The notes below the pieces were generated by a model. The model had not been told where the DNA came from. It made no database searches and was given only the letters and a program-made list of their open reading frames with translations. Positions 21,943 to 30,822 of a DNA stretch of 55,305 nucleotides are shown piece by piece. The DNA lies in NCBI GenBank assembly GCA_016193335.1, contig JACPSK010000004.1, positions 1 to 55,305 of the forward strand. The letters run 5' to 3'. The translations under genes were made by a program, and so were the position numbers. Source of the stretch: Candidatus Magasanikiibacteriota bacterium. Lineage in GTDB: Bacteria; Patescibacteriota; Patescibacteriia; Magasanikbacterales; UBA922. How positions within the stretch are numbered: the first letter of the stretch is position 1; each line of letters opens with the position of its first letter.

Positions 21943-22668
21943 ATGAGATTTAAAACATCCATCACGCGCATTGAAGAAGGCAAAGAAATTATACGCGGGC
22001 ATGAGCTTAGAGATTTGGTTCGAGAGAACAATTTTTCAGAGTCCATTTATTTGATTCTGAAAGGGAAACTTCCAAACAAACAAGAGGCCCGCATGTTTGA
22101 CGCCATTTTGACTTCGGTTATAGACCATGGCCCCGGAGTGGCATCGGCTATCGCGGCTCGAGTTTCAGCGAGCGCGAAAAATAGCATGCATACGTCTCTC
22201 GCCGCCGGTATTTTGAGTTTTGGGGACCGGCATGGCGTAGCTTCTGGGGCTGCCATGAAATTTTTTTATGATCATATTAAAGACTCGGATTTGGAAGCTA
22301 CTCTCAAGAGTATGAAAGAGAAAAAAGAATACGTTCCGGGTTTGGGTCATAAACTATTTCAAAAAGAAGATCCACGCTCGACGACACTCTTTGAAATCGC
22401 CAAAGAAACAGGAATCTTCGGGTCTTATTGTGTTTTTGCTCTAGCTGTATCTGAGATTTCAAACAGACTCTCTTCAAAAATGCTTCCGCTCAATGTTGAC
22501 GGAGCCATAGCGGCCATACTCTGCGACATGGGCTTTGATTATAGACTGGGAAAAGGTATATTTATGATAGGAAGAGTTCCTGGTCTTATCGCTCATATTT
22601 ATGAAGAAACGCTTAATGATGAAGGCATACGGCGCATTCCAGAGGAACAAATTGATTACACGGATTGA
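21943..22668 (+). CDS. short citrate-synthase-family protein; probable citryl-CoA lyase
   Basis: 241 aa. DHGPGVAS, SFGDRHGVASG and PGLGHKLFQKEDPRS correspond to the citrate-synthase catalytic core (GxGHxx...DPR). Confidence 0.7.
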   Translation: MRFKTSITRIEEGKEIIRGHELRDLVRENNFSESIYLILKGKLPNKQEARMFDAILTSVIDHGPGVASAIAARVSASAKNSMHTSLAAGILSFGDRHGVASGAAMKFFYDHIKDSDLEATLKSMKEKKEYVPGLGHKLFQKEDPRSTTLFEIAKETGIFGSYCVFALAVSEISNRLSSKMLPLNVDGAIAAILCDMGFDYRLGKGIFMIGRVPGLIAHIYEETLNDEGIRRIPEEQIDYTD

Positions 22669-22705
22669 TTGAATTTTATTATTTTTTTGAGATGGATTCC
22701 TGTGT

Positions 22706-23158
22706 ATGTTAAATGTTTTACTTGGGTTTTTCCTGGTGATTTTGACGAGCTACACCTCGGTATTTGCTTTATTTTTTTTAGTGAAATACTTGAGTGGCTG
22801 GAAGGAATTGGAGCAGATTTATCCTGCATCCCGAACAGATGAAACCGGCCCAAAGAGATATTTCGTGAGTTTAAGGTTGAATTGGCTTTCTTACAATAAT
22901 AGCGCCAAGCTCGAGGCATTGAACGGAGGATTGCGGATACAGCAAACTTTTTTTGGTTTTTTTGGAACACACAAACCGGCTTTTATCCCCTGGACTGAAA
23001 TTTTTTATGTCGAAAAAACAGAAAATCCCGGAGTTTTTGTTCGAAATGAATACTTGTTCCGCTTGAGCCGTTTAAATAGACTTTCTTTGCGAATTCCGTC
23101 TCGGGTCGGGTCTTGGATTCTCGAGCAAAAGAATTTTTATACATTGCCCAGATCTTGA
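22706..23158 (+). CDS. hypothetical membrane-anchored protein
   Basis: 150-aa ORF with an N-terminal hydrophobic helix LLGFFLVILTSYTSVFALFFLV. I recognise no family. Confidence 0.45.
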   Translation: MLNVLLGFFLVILTSYTSVFALFFLVKYLSGWKELEQIYPASRTDETGPKRYFVSLRLNWLSYNNSAKLEALNGGLRIQQTFFGFFGTHKPAFIPWTEIFYVEKTENPGVFVRNEYLFRLSRLNRLSLRIPSRVGSWILEQKNFYTLPRS

Positions 23159-23305
23159 TGTCCTACGATTAGGGCATGGAGGCTTAGATACCAGGCGACA
23201 ATAGACACTTACCACAGATACGCGGCCGAATACGCCAGACGGAGCGATCCGCTTCTTTATTACTTTATTACATTTTTTGAACGCATTTCTAAGGAGACTC
23301 TCAAT

Positions 23306-24580
23306 ATGATTAAACAGATTCTCGACCTGCACATCCATTCAAAATATTCCCGTGCTTGTTCGAAACATCTGGATTTTGAAACCATTGCCAAGACCTGCGA
23401 GATTCGAGGAATAAATATCGTGGCGACGGGAGATTTTACTCATCCGAAATGGTTTGCGTCAATCAAGGAAGAATTAAAAGAAGTGAACCCGGGTCTTTAC
23501 GCGCTTAAGAATGGATCCAGTAAAACGAGATTTATTATTGGCACTGAAGTGGCCAGTATAAAAAAACATAAGGGCAAAACGAGGCGCGTGCATCTGCTTT
23601 TGTTTGCTCCGACTTTGGAAACAGCCGAGCGTTTTAATGGGGAACTCATGCGGCGGGGTTTTAACGTGCGCGCGGACGGACGTCCCATTCTTGGTTTAAC
23701 TTCGAAAGAACTTTTGGAATTGATGCTGAACGTGGATAAACGCATGGTTATGATTCCTGCTCACGCGTGGACGCCCTGGTTTGGCATATTTGGATCCAAA
23801 GGCGGCTATGACTCTGTGGAAGAAGCTTTCGATGAATATTCCAGCCAGGTATTCGCGATTGAGACCGGACTCTCGAGCGACCCATTGATGAATTGGCGGA
23901 TTTCCGGCCTTGATCGGCTTACCCTTATTTCAAATTCCGACGCCCATAGCCCGCAGAAGCTCGGACGCGAGGCCAACGTGATGGCCTTTGATTCTGAATC
24001 CGAGATCAGTTATGACGGGATCATGCGTCTTATTCGCGAAGGCGACAAAAACAAATTTTTATATACTATTGAATTTTATCCTGAAGAGGGGAAGTATCAT
24101 CTGGATGGGCATAGCGCTTGCGGCTTTGTATGTCATCCGAGCGAAACGAAAAAATACGCCGGTCTTTGTCCAAAATGCAAAAAACCTTTGGTTATAGGTG
24201 TGATGAATCGAGTGTCCGAGCTTGCGGACAGAGATGAAATTCAGGCCAAGCGCTCGGCGCGTATTCCATACAAAAGTCTTGTTCCTTTGCCGGAAATCAT
24301 TGCCGACGTTTTGGGAAAAGGAGTACATACCAAATCTGTTCAAGCCGAATATACTAAACTTGTGAGAGGGCTCGGTTCTGAATTTTTTATTTTACTCGAG
24401 GCCCGGCTTGAAGATATAGCTCTGTCCAGCTCTTCTCGGATTGCCGACGCGGTTGATCGAGCGCGTCGCGGGGATATTTACATCAAGCCCGGCTTTGATG
24501 GAGTTTTTGGAGTAGTAAAAATTTTTGCTGATCATGAAAAAAAAGAAGAAGCGGCCCAAGGATCTTTTTTATTGGATTGA
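23306..24580 (+). CDS. PHP-domain protein of the endonuclease Q (EndoQ / TIGR00375) family
   Basis: DLHIHSKYS, RVHLLLFAP, ADGRP, PAHAWTPW, SNSDAHSPQKLGRE, GKYHLDGH, Zn-ribbon CPKCKK and C-terminal PGFDGVFG. At 424 aa it is the same length as archaeal EndoQ. AAGGAG lies 9 nt upstream of the start. Confidence 0.75.
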   Translation: MIKQILDLHIHSKYSRACSKHLDFETIAKTCEIRGINIVATGDFTHPKWFASIKEELKEVNPGLYALKNGSSKTRFIIGTEVASIKKHKGKTRRVHLLLFAPTLETAERFNGELMRRGFNVRADGRPILGLTSKELLELMLNVDKRMVMIPAHAWTPWFGIFGSKGGYDSVEEAFDEYSSQVFAIETGLSSDPLMNWRISGLDRLTLISNSDAHSPQKLGREANVMAFDSESEISYDGIMRLIREGDKNKFLYTIEFYPEEGKYHLDGHSACGFVCHPSETKKYAGLCPKCKKPLVIGVMNRVSELADRDEIQAKRSARIPYKSLVPLPEIIADVLGKGVHTKSVQAEYTKLVRGLGSEFFILLEARLEDIALSSSSRIADAVDRARRGDIYIKPGFDGVFGVVKIFADHEKKEEAAQGSFLLD

Positions 24581-24716
24581 TACCAGGCTTGCCGGCCGGG
24601 AATCTTGGATTTTAATTTTTTTGCTCGCTATCTTGGTGAATAGTTTTTTGCTCCCCGGTCCAGTAAAGGCTGTTCACCATTAGAGTGTTCTTGAACCCGG
24701 ATTTTTATAGAAACAC

Positions 24717-24740
24717 AAAACCCCCATTTAGGGGGTTTTT
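24717..24740. terminator. bidirectional intrinsic terminator
   Basis: aaaaccccc-attta-gggggtttt, flanked by A/T runs on both sides. Confidence 0.7.
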
Positions 24741-24754
24741 GCGTGAAATAGTGA

Positions 24755-24856
24755 TTATTTCTTCTTGCGTTTTGCAGCTTTTCGTTTGGCTGGTTTGCGT
24801 TTTGCAGCTTTTCGTTTGGCTGGTTTGCGTTTTGCAGCTTTTTTGCGTGTTGGCAT
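24755..24856 (-). CDS. 33-aa Lys/Ala/Arg-rich basic protein (MPTRKKAAKRKPAKRKAAKRKPAKRKAAKRKKK), histone-H1-tail-like composition
   Basis: Found by hand translation of the third minus-strand frame. A G-rich RBS (gggaaggggg) lies ~8 nt upstream of the ATG and the stop TAA lies 14 nt before the terminator at 24717-24740. The ORF is below the track's size cut-off. Confidence 0.55.
   Translation of the reverse strand: MPTRKKAAKRKPAKRKAAKRKPAKRKAAKRKKK
24767..24842. repeat. perfect 30-bp tandem repeat x2.5 (gcgttttgcagcttttcgtttggctggttt)
   Basis: Copies at 24767-24796 and 24797-24826, with a partial copy at 24827-24842. The repeat encodes the KPAKRKAAKR unit of the small ORF on the minus strand. 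Confidence 0.9.
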
Positions 24857-25221
24857 AATGTACACCCCCTTCCCTTGGGAAATTGTCGCACATGTTTTGG
24901 TATGACCATGGTACACACCAAATTACATACCATCGCGACAGAAGAAATATTTACGTGACAAGCATTGACGTAAAAATTTCCTGAAACATCTGTGTCTCGA
25001 CCTTTTGGAGTAGTATAACCTTTTTTTAATGTTAAAAACATAGTTTGCAATACTGAGCTGTGAATAACTTTTATTTTTTTAGAAATTAAACATCGTGTGT
25101 GTTTCGTTTGTTTGTTTATTTTTTTAAAAAGAATATTTGTTTCTATTTTTTTGAGTATGAATGTAATTCGAATGAATGAGCCCGCAGAAACCCGCGGGGA
25201 ATTTATCTGCGGGGGTTGGAA

Positions 25222-25262
25222 ATCAAAAAAGAAAAAAGGCGGCCGATTTTACCGGACGCCTT
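25222..25262 (-). terminator. intrinsic terminator downstream of the tRNA pair
   Basis: On the minus strand: aaggcg-tccggtaaaatcggc-cgcctt followed by ttttcttttttg. Confidence 0.5.
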
Positions 25263-25394
25263 CGAGTATTTGAATTTCACTTTTTGTCTCGAATTTGGGA
25301 CGAACCTCGCGCTGAAATGAAGATTGATTCAAAAAAATGAAAAGAAACTTGATATTTTTTTTAAAATTTTTTCTCCTGCTAATTCAAAGTATTG

Positions 25395-25466
25395 TCCTCC
25401 CGGAGGGAATCGAACCCCCATCGCAGGTTCCGGAAACCTGTGTTCTATCCATTGAACTACGAGAGG
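25395..25466 (-). tRNA. tRNA-Arg (anticodon CCG)
   Basis: Manual cloverleaf: acceptor cctctcg/cgggagg, D arm gttc-aatggata-gaac, anticodon arm caggt-ttCCGga-acctg, T arm ggggg-ttcgatt-ccctc. CCA is not encoded. Confidence 0.8.
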
Positions 25467-25480
25467 ATTCTCTATGACTG

Positions 25481-25556
25481 TGGTGCGCCTGGGTGGATTC
25501 GAACCACCGACTCCGACGTTATAAGCGTCGTACTCTAACCGCTGAGTTACAGGCGC
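25481..25556 (-). tRNA. tRNA-Ile with genomically encoded UAU anticodon
   Basis: Manual cloverleaf: gcgcctg-ta-actc-agcggtta-gagt-a-cgacg-ctTATaa-cgtcg-gagtc-ggtgg-ttcgaat-ccacc-caggcgc-a-cca. The body resembles bacterial tRNA-Ile. Confidence 0.8.
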
Positions 25557-25647
25557 GGATTTATTGGAATCACGGTAAAGGCACAAGGATCTTGTCCAGG
25601 GATGAGTAATGGTTTGTCCGTGTGGCTCTATAATATACTAAGACGAT

Positions 25648-25676
25648 AATGTACCATAGAAGGCTTGATTTTTCAA
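25648..25676 (-). promoter_or_regulatory. promoter candidate for the tRNA pair (TTGAAA-17-TACATT on the minus strand)
   Basis: The -35 is the reverse complement of 25671-25676 and the -10 is the reverse complement of 25648-25653. It sits back-to-back with the rluD promoter. Confidence 0.45.
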
Positions 25677-25693
25677 GTCATATTTACTATACT
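25665..25693 (+). promoter_or_regulatory. promoter candidate TTGATT-17-TATACT
   Basis: ttgatt at 25665-25670 and tatact at 25688-25693, with the ATG at 25708. Confidence 0.45.
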
Positions 25694-25707
25694 CTTCGGA
25701 CATATAT

Positions 25708-26730
25708 ATGGAGCATATTGAAGGCAAAAAATTCGAGGTTTCCGATGATGGCCGGGCGATTCGTCTAGACGTTTTTTTAAGCTCTCGCGCCGGAGTCACC
25801 AGATCCCAAGTCCAAAAATGGATCAAACGCGGAGCAGTCTTCTTGAACGGCGCCGCCCCGAAAAAATTCGGTGTCATGCTCGTATCTGGAGATATGGTTT
25901 CCGTGCTTCCGGAAAAAATTCCCACAGAACGTAAAGAACAATTTGACATCCACGAAGATGAAATCATGGAATCGGTGAAGATAATCGCGCAAAGCGAAAA
26001 CTATCTGCTTATAGACAAACCGAGCGGTCTCGTCAGTCATCCGGGCCTTCACATTTTAAAAAAAGAAGACATTACCCAAACCGTGTCGGTTTCTTCTTGG
26101 ATATTGCGGCATTGGCCGGAGCTGTGGTCCGTGGGGGAATATCCCAATAGGCCGGGTATGGTTCATCGTTTGGACAAGGAAACTTCGGGCTTGATGCTCA
26201 TTGCCAAACATCAGGCCATGTTTGATCATTTAAAAAAACAATTCAAAGGGCGCCGTGTTGAGAAGTATTACTTCGCTTTGATCCACGGGAGAATCCTTGA
26301 GGAGCACGGTATACTCGACTTTGACGTGTCACTCGGCAAGAATGGAAAGATGGTTTCTCTGCCCAAGTGCGGTCCGCTTACTTTGGATAAGGTTTCTTCC
26401 GCCCAAGAGGGAAAGAAAGCAAAGACAGAGTTTTGGGTCAAAGAGCGTTTTGTGAATCACACTTTTGTGGAAGTCCGCACTCACACGGGACGAACTCACC
26501 AGATACGCGTTCATTTTTTTGCTTTTAACCATCCTCTCGCAGGTGATCCTCTGTATTATCACAAGAAAACCAAAAAAGATGTAAGATGCGGAAGCCTCTT
26601 TCTTCAGGCATATCGTTTGTGTTTCGATGATTTGAATGGCGAGCGTCTGAGCTTCGAAATACCTCTCGAACCAAGATTTCGACATATTCTTGATCAGCTC
26701 CCCAAGCTTCGGCCCTCTTTACCCAGTTGA
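25708..26730 (+). CDS. rluD: RluA-family 23S rRNA pseudouridine synthase with N-terminal S4 domain (RluD-like)
   Basis: S4-like N-terminus, catalytic HRLDKETSGLMLIAK, and GRTHQIRVH. Confidence 0.8.
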   Translation: MEHIEGKKFEVSDDGRAIRLDVFLSSRAGVTRSQVQKWIKRGAVFLNGAAPKKFGVMLVSGDMVSVLPEKIPTERKEQFDIHEDEIMESVKIIAQSENYLLIDKPSGLVSHPGLHILKKEDITQTVSVSSWILRHWPELWSVGEYPNRPGMVHRLDKETSGLMLIAKHQAMFDHLKKQFKGRRVEKYYFALIHGRILEEHGILDFDVSLGKNGKMVSLPKCGPLTLDKVSSAQEGKKAKTEFWVKERFVNHTFVEVRTHTGRTHQIRVHFFAFNHPLAGDPLYYHKKTKKDVRCGSLFLQAYRLCFDDLNGERLSFEIPLEPRFRHILDQLPKLRPSLPS

Positions 26731-26749
26731 TTTTTCGAAAGTCGGAGAT

Positions 26750-26795
26750 CGTAGATTAAAAATTATAAATTAATAATTAAAAATTCAAATTATAA
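26750..26795 (+). repeat. CGTAGAT + A/T-rich intergenic motif copy
   Basis: cgtagattaaaaattataaattaataattaaaaattcaaattataat. It ends 4 nt before ATG 26800. Confidence 0.6.
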
Positions 26796-26799
26796 TCCT

Positions 26800-27351
26800 A
26801 TGGGAGCTCTAATACTTATTTCATCTCCATCCGGAGGAGGCAAAACTTCGGTGATACATGCTTTGCTTGAGCGGCTCCAAGGCTCCACTCGTCTCGTCAC
26901 CACCACTACCCGCTCTCCGCGCTCGGGAGAAAGGGAAGGTTTTGATTATCATTTTATGAGCGATTTTGAATTTGAAAAAAAAATACAGCGAGGCGATTTT
27001 GTGGAGTACGTACGTTACGCAAACTGCTATTATGGCACCGATCGCAGGATTTTGGAGGACACGCTCTCCGCGCATACATATGTGTTCGCGGCTCTCGATA
27101 CTCGAGGCAAGCGGAGTTTAAAAGATTTGGGTATTTCTTTTTTTTCCATTTTTTTACTCCCTGAAAGCATGGCTGTGCTCAGAGAACGGCTTGGACAGCG
27201 TCCTGAAATGAGCCAGAAAGACATTGATGAACGGCTGAAGGAAGCGGAACGTGAGATAAAAGAAGCTCAAGATTATGATGTACACATTACGAATCGGCAA
27301 GGATATTTTGATAAAACCATACAAGATATCATAGACAGTCTGCCGCGCTAA
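26800..27351 (+). CDS. gmk: guanylate kinase
   Basis: P-loop SSPSGGGKTS, TTTRSPRSGEREGFDYHF and YYGT motifs. Confidence 0.9.
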   Translation: MGALILISSPSGGGKTSVIHALLERLQGSTRLVTTTTRSPRSGEREGFDYHFMSDFEFEKKIQRGDFVEYVRYANCYYGTDRRILEDTLSAHTYVFAALDTRGKRSLKDLGISFFSIFLLPESMAVLRERLGQRPEMSQKDIDERLKEAEREIKEAQDYDVHITNRQGYFDKTIQDIIDSLPR

Positions 27352-27413
27352 GGTTCTACCTACGCAAGGATGGCGCTGTAAGCCTATGACCCTTGCACCT
27401 ATGACCCTTGCTC

Positions 27414-27442
27414 TTGACACCATTGTCCCCTCGTAGTACACT
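27414..27442 (+). promoter_or_regulatory. promoter candidate TTGACA-17-TACACT
   Basis: ttgaca at 27414-27419 and tacact at 27437-27442. It is preceded by the direct repeat ctatgacccttgc x2. Confidence 0.5.
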
Positions 27443-27482
27443 ATTCGCATATTTTATAAGCTATGATGTTGGTTTTTTAAAA

Positions 27483-27848
27483 ATGCCAACCTCTCAAACA
27501 TACATGATTATGGATATGATCAAAGATAACAGAGCCGATTTAAAACCGGGAATGGTGGTAAAAGTGCATCAAAGAGTAAAAGAGTTAAACGCCAAGGGTG
27601 AAGAAAAAGAGCGTATTCAGATATTTGAGGGTATTGTGCTCGCCATTAAGCATGGAATGGGAATTTCAGGCACCTTTACGGTGCGTAAAGACTCAAAAGG
27701 TTATGGAGTTGAAAAGATTTTTCCGATTCATTCTCCGAACGTAGTTAAGATAGAACTCGTGAGACAAATGAGAGTGCGGCAAGCGCGTCCATATTATATA
27801 CGCGCATACAAGAAGAAGCTCAAAGAAGAGAAAGCCCCCGCAAAATAA
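27483..27848 (+). CDS. rplS: 50S ribosomal protein L19
   Basis: [15 protein letters not shown]...[27 protein letters not shown]...[22 protein letters not shown] 27483 is preferred over the track start. Confidence 0.9.
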   Translation: MPTSQTYMIMDMIKDNRADLKPGMVVKVHQRVKELNAKGEEKERIQIFEGIVLAIKHGMGISGTFTVRKDSKGYGVEKIFPIHSPNVVKIELVRQMRVRQARPYYIRAYKKKLKEEKAPAK

Positions 27849-27853
27849 AAAAT

Positions 27854-27877
27854 AAAACCCCGTCTATACGGGGTTTT
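27854..27877 (+). terminator. intrinsic terminator after rplS
   Basis: aaaaccccg-tctata-cggggtttt. It is followed by an A/T-motif copy (ataaattaaaaattacaaag, 27878-27897). Confidence 0.7.
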
Positions 27878-27938
27878 ATAAATTAAAAATTACAAAGTTC
27901 TCATCGTGTCTTTCGACCATTGTAAAGTTTTTTTGAAA

Positions 27939-30773
27939 TTATTTTTTGCCTTCCCTGCGTTTCAGGTATCGGCCTGTCCAACTGCCTTTGATCTCGGCCA
28001 CTTCTTTTGGTGTGCCCTCGGCCAAGATTTGTCCGCCTTTGCGGCCGCCTTCTGGTCCCAGGTCTATCACCCAGTCCGAAGATTTGATGATATCAAGATT
28101 ATGCTCAATGATAAGCACTGTGTTTCCTTTGTCTACAAGTTGGTTTAGGACAAGCAAAAGCTTTTTTATGTCTTCAAAGTGGAGCCCGGTGCTTGGTTCG
28201 TCGAGTATGTAGAGTGTTTTTCCCGTGGAGCGGCGTGAAAGTTCAGTGGCCAGCTTGATACGCTGGGCTTCTCCGCCCGAGAGCGTGGTGGCCGCTTGTC
28301 CCAGTTTCAAATAGCCCAAACCCACGTTTCTCAAAATCTGCAACTTGTCTCTTATGCTTTGTTTGCTTTGAAAAAATTTGAAAGCTTCTTCTATGGTCAT
28401 GGACAAAACGTCGGCGATATGTTTGTTGTTGTAGTGTATTTCCAATACCTCGCTCGTGTAGCGCGTACCGCCGCATTCATTGCATTCCATAAACACATCA
28501 TTCAAGAAATGCATGGGAATGGTTACATAGCCTTCTCCTGAACAGGCTTCGCAGCGGCCGTCGTCTTTTACGTTAAAACTGAAGGTCCCCGCGGTGAAGC
28601 CTCGCATTTTCGCTTCCGGAAGTTCAGCGTAAAGGTCTCTTATAAGCGTGAAGACTCCGGTGTAGGTGGCCGGGTTGCTCCGCGGAGTTCGGCCAATGGG
28701 AGTCTGATCTATGTCTATCACTTTGTCTATCGCGTTAATCCCGTTTATTTTTTTGTGCTCGGCAGGTTCTTTTTTTGCTCTATAAAAATACTGGCTTAGA
28801 GCCGCGCTCAGAGTGTCTATAATGAGTGTTGATTTGCCGGAACCGGAGACTCCTGTTATGGAACTTAGGGTCCCGAGCGGTATATGCACGTCAATATTTT
28901 TTAAATTATTTCCTTTGGCGCCAAGGATGCTCAGTTGTTTTCCATTGCCTTTGCGAATTTTTTTCGGAATGGAAATTTGTTCTTTGCCGCTGAGATATTG
29001 CCCGGTGATGGAGGCCTTATTTTGTTTTATTTTTGCGGGTGTTCCTTCCGCCACCAAGAGGCCTCCGTATTCTCCGGCTCCCGGGCCTATGTCGATAACA
29101 TAGTCGGCCCGTTCCATGATTTCTTTGTCGTGTTCAACTACAATAACCGTGTTGCCCGTGTCTCTGAGAGAAATAAGGGTTTCAATCAATTGGTCGTTGT
29201 CCTTGGGATGCAGTCCTATGGATGGTTCATCGAGAATATAGATAAGCCCCGAAAGTCCCGCGGATAATTGCGTTGAAAGTCGGACTCTTTGCGATTCTCC
29301 GCCTGAGAGCGTATTGAGGGGCCGGTCGAGATTCACATAAGGCAGGCCAACTTGGCTGAGATAATCCACTCGTCTAAAAATTTCTTTGCTAATAGGCAAT
29401 GCCACGGAGAGTTGTTTGTTGTCGAGTTTTTTTGCGAGTTCTGATTTTGGATCCAAGATATCTTTAAAAAATTCTCGCGTATCCTCGATGCTCAATTCTA
29501 CGATGTCGGATATGGTGAAGTCATTAATTTTTATGAATGAATTTTCTTCTTTGAGTCTTTTGCCTTTGCACACAGAACAGATTTTTTCTTTCATGTACTG
29601 TTCGATTTCTTTTTTTACATAATCGGATTTGGTTTCGAGGTAACGCTGTGTAAGATTGGGGATTACGCCTTCGAATATTTTTTTACTGCCCAAGACCTGG
29701 TATCCGCGGCCGTCGGTGCCATATAGAATAATGTCCATGACAGCCTGGGGAAGCTGTTCAACCGGAGTATCCATAGAGAAAGCATGCTCTTCGGCCACTA
29801 CTTTGAGTATGTCGTGATACTGGGTATGATTGCCCACCAACCTGGTCCAAGGCTGTATGGCGCCTTCGGACAGAGTCAGCCGAGGGTTTGGAATTACAAG
29901 TTCGGGATCAACTTCTAAAGTTTTCCCCAGGCCCGTGCAGCGTTGACAAGCGCCATAGGGACTGTTGAAGCTGAAAGAACGCGGTTCTACCGGAGAAAAG
30001 GTCCGGTGACAGCTTTGACACAGAGGCACCTGCGCGTAGATATGTTCTTCTCCCGTGCTTTGCTTGACCGTTTTCAGAAAACCATTCGACAGGTCCAGGC
30101 CTTTCTCAAGGTGGGCGCTCCATTTTTGTTTTTGTTTGAGATCAACTTCAGCGATCAAAATGTCCACGTCGTACAGCAATTCAGAATTGAATTTGACGTT
30201 TGAAAGTTTTTTGAGATGCATTTCAACGCCATTAAGCCGCACGGTATTGTAACCTGTTTTTTCCAGTCTCGGTTTGAGCTGTTTGAGGCTGAGCGATTCC
30301 TGTCTGATAATGGGAGAAAAAACACGTACAGTATCGCCGGTACGAGCTTGTTTTCGAATGGATTCCACGATGTCCCCAAGGCTTTGAGGCTTCACTTCTA
30401 TCCGGCAGTTGGGGCAGTATTGCACTCCGAGCCGCGCGAAGAGCAGACGCAAATAATCATAAATTTCAGTTGCGGTGCCCACGGTGGAGCGAGGATTTTG
30501 CGTGAAGTTTCTTTGGTTTATGGCAATGGTGGGAGAGAGTCCCAGTATCTCGTCCACATCCGGTTTGTCGTGGATCCCCATAAATTGTCGCGCGTAAGCG
30601 TTTAAACTTTCCGCGTAGCGCCGCTGACCTTCGGCGTATATGGTGTCAAAAGCCAAAGAAGATTTCCCTGAGCCGGAAATTCCCGTTATGACCACCAATT
30701 TATTTTTTGGAATATTGAGAGAGATGCTTTTGAGATTGTTGACCCGGGCGTTTTTGATCTTGATGTAATCCAT
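27939..30773 (-). CDS. uvrA: excinuclease ABC subunit A
   Basis: 944 aa. Two ABC ATPase modules ([38 protein letters not shown]) and zinc fingers. Confidence 0.97.
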   Translation of the reverse strand: MDYIKIKNARVNNLKSISLNIPKNKLVVITGISGSGKSSLAFDTIYAEGQRRYAESLNAYARQFMGIHDKPDVDEILGLSPTIAINQRNFTQNPRSTVGTATEIYDYLRLLFARLGVQYCPNCRIEVKPQSLGDIVESIRKQARTGDTVRVFSPIIRQESLSLKQLKPRLEKTGYNTVRLNGVEMHLKKLSNVKFNSELLYDVDILIAEVDLKQKQKWSAHLEKGLDLSNGFLKTVKQSTGEEHIYAQVPLCQSCHRTFSPVEPRSFSFNSPYGACQRCTGLGKTLEVDPELVIPNPRLTLSEGAIQPWTRLVGNHTQYHDILKVVAEEHAFSMDTPVEQLPQAVMDIILYGTDGRGYQVLGSKKIFEGVIPNLTQRYLETKSDYVKKEIEQYMKEKICSVCKGKRLKEENSFIKINDFTISDIVELSIEDTREFFKDILDPKSELAKKLDNKQLSVALPISKEIFRRVDYLSQVGLPYVNLDRPLNTLSGGESQRVRLSTQLSAGLSGLIYILDEPSIGLHPKDNDQLIETLISLRDTGNTVIVVEHDKEIMERADYVIDIGPGAGEYGGLLVAEGTPAKIKQNKASITGQYLSGKEQISIPKKIRKGNGKQLSILGAKGNNLKNIDVHIPLGTLSSITGVSGSGKSTLIIDTLSAALSQYFYRAKKEPAEHKKINGINAIDKVIDIDQTPIGRTPRSNPATYTGVFTLIRDLYAELPEAKMRGFTAGTFSFNVKDDGRCEACSGEGYVTIPMHFLNDVFMECNECGGTRYTSEVLEIHYNNKHIADVLSMTIEEAFKFFQSKQSIRDKLQILRNVGLGYLKLGQAATTLSGGEAQRIKLATELSRRSTGKTLYILDEPSTGLHFEDIKKLLLVLNQLVDKGNTVLIIEHNLDIIKSSDWVIDLGPEGGRKGGQILAEGTPKEVAEIKGSWTGRYLKRREGKK

Positions 30774-30822
30774 AGCTTACGAGGTACGTTTTTGTTCGTA
30801 CCAGTAAACCATAGTTTCAAGA

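Noticed and set aside
24767-24842. CRISPR array.
   Set aside because: The repeats are directly adjacent with no spacers, there are only 2.5 copies, and they fall in-frame within a small ORF. No cas genes are nearby.
24628-25050. 140-aa and 62-aa minus-strand ORFs across the 30-bp tandem repeat.
   Set aside because: Both read straight through the strong terminator hairpin at 24717-24740, have no RBS, and give implausible Cys/Gln/Asn-rich translations. The third frame (33 aa) has an RBS and stops just before the terminator.
25329-25586. 85-aa minus-strand ORF.
   Set aside because: It is fully explained by the two tRNA genes (Arg-CCG and Ile-UAU) that it overlaps.
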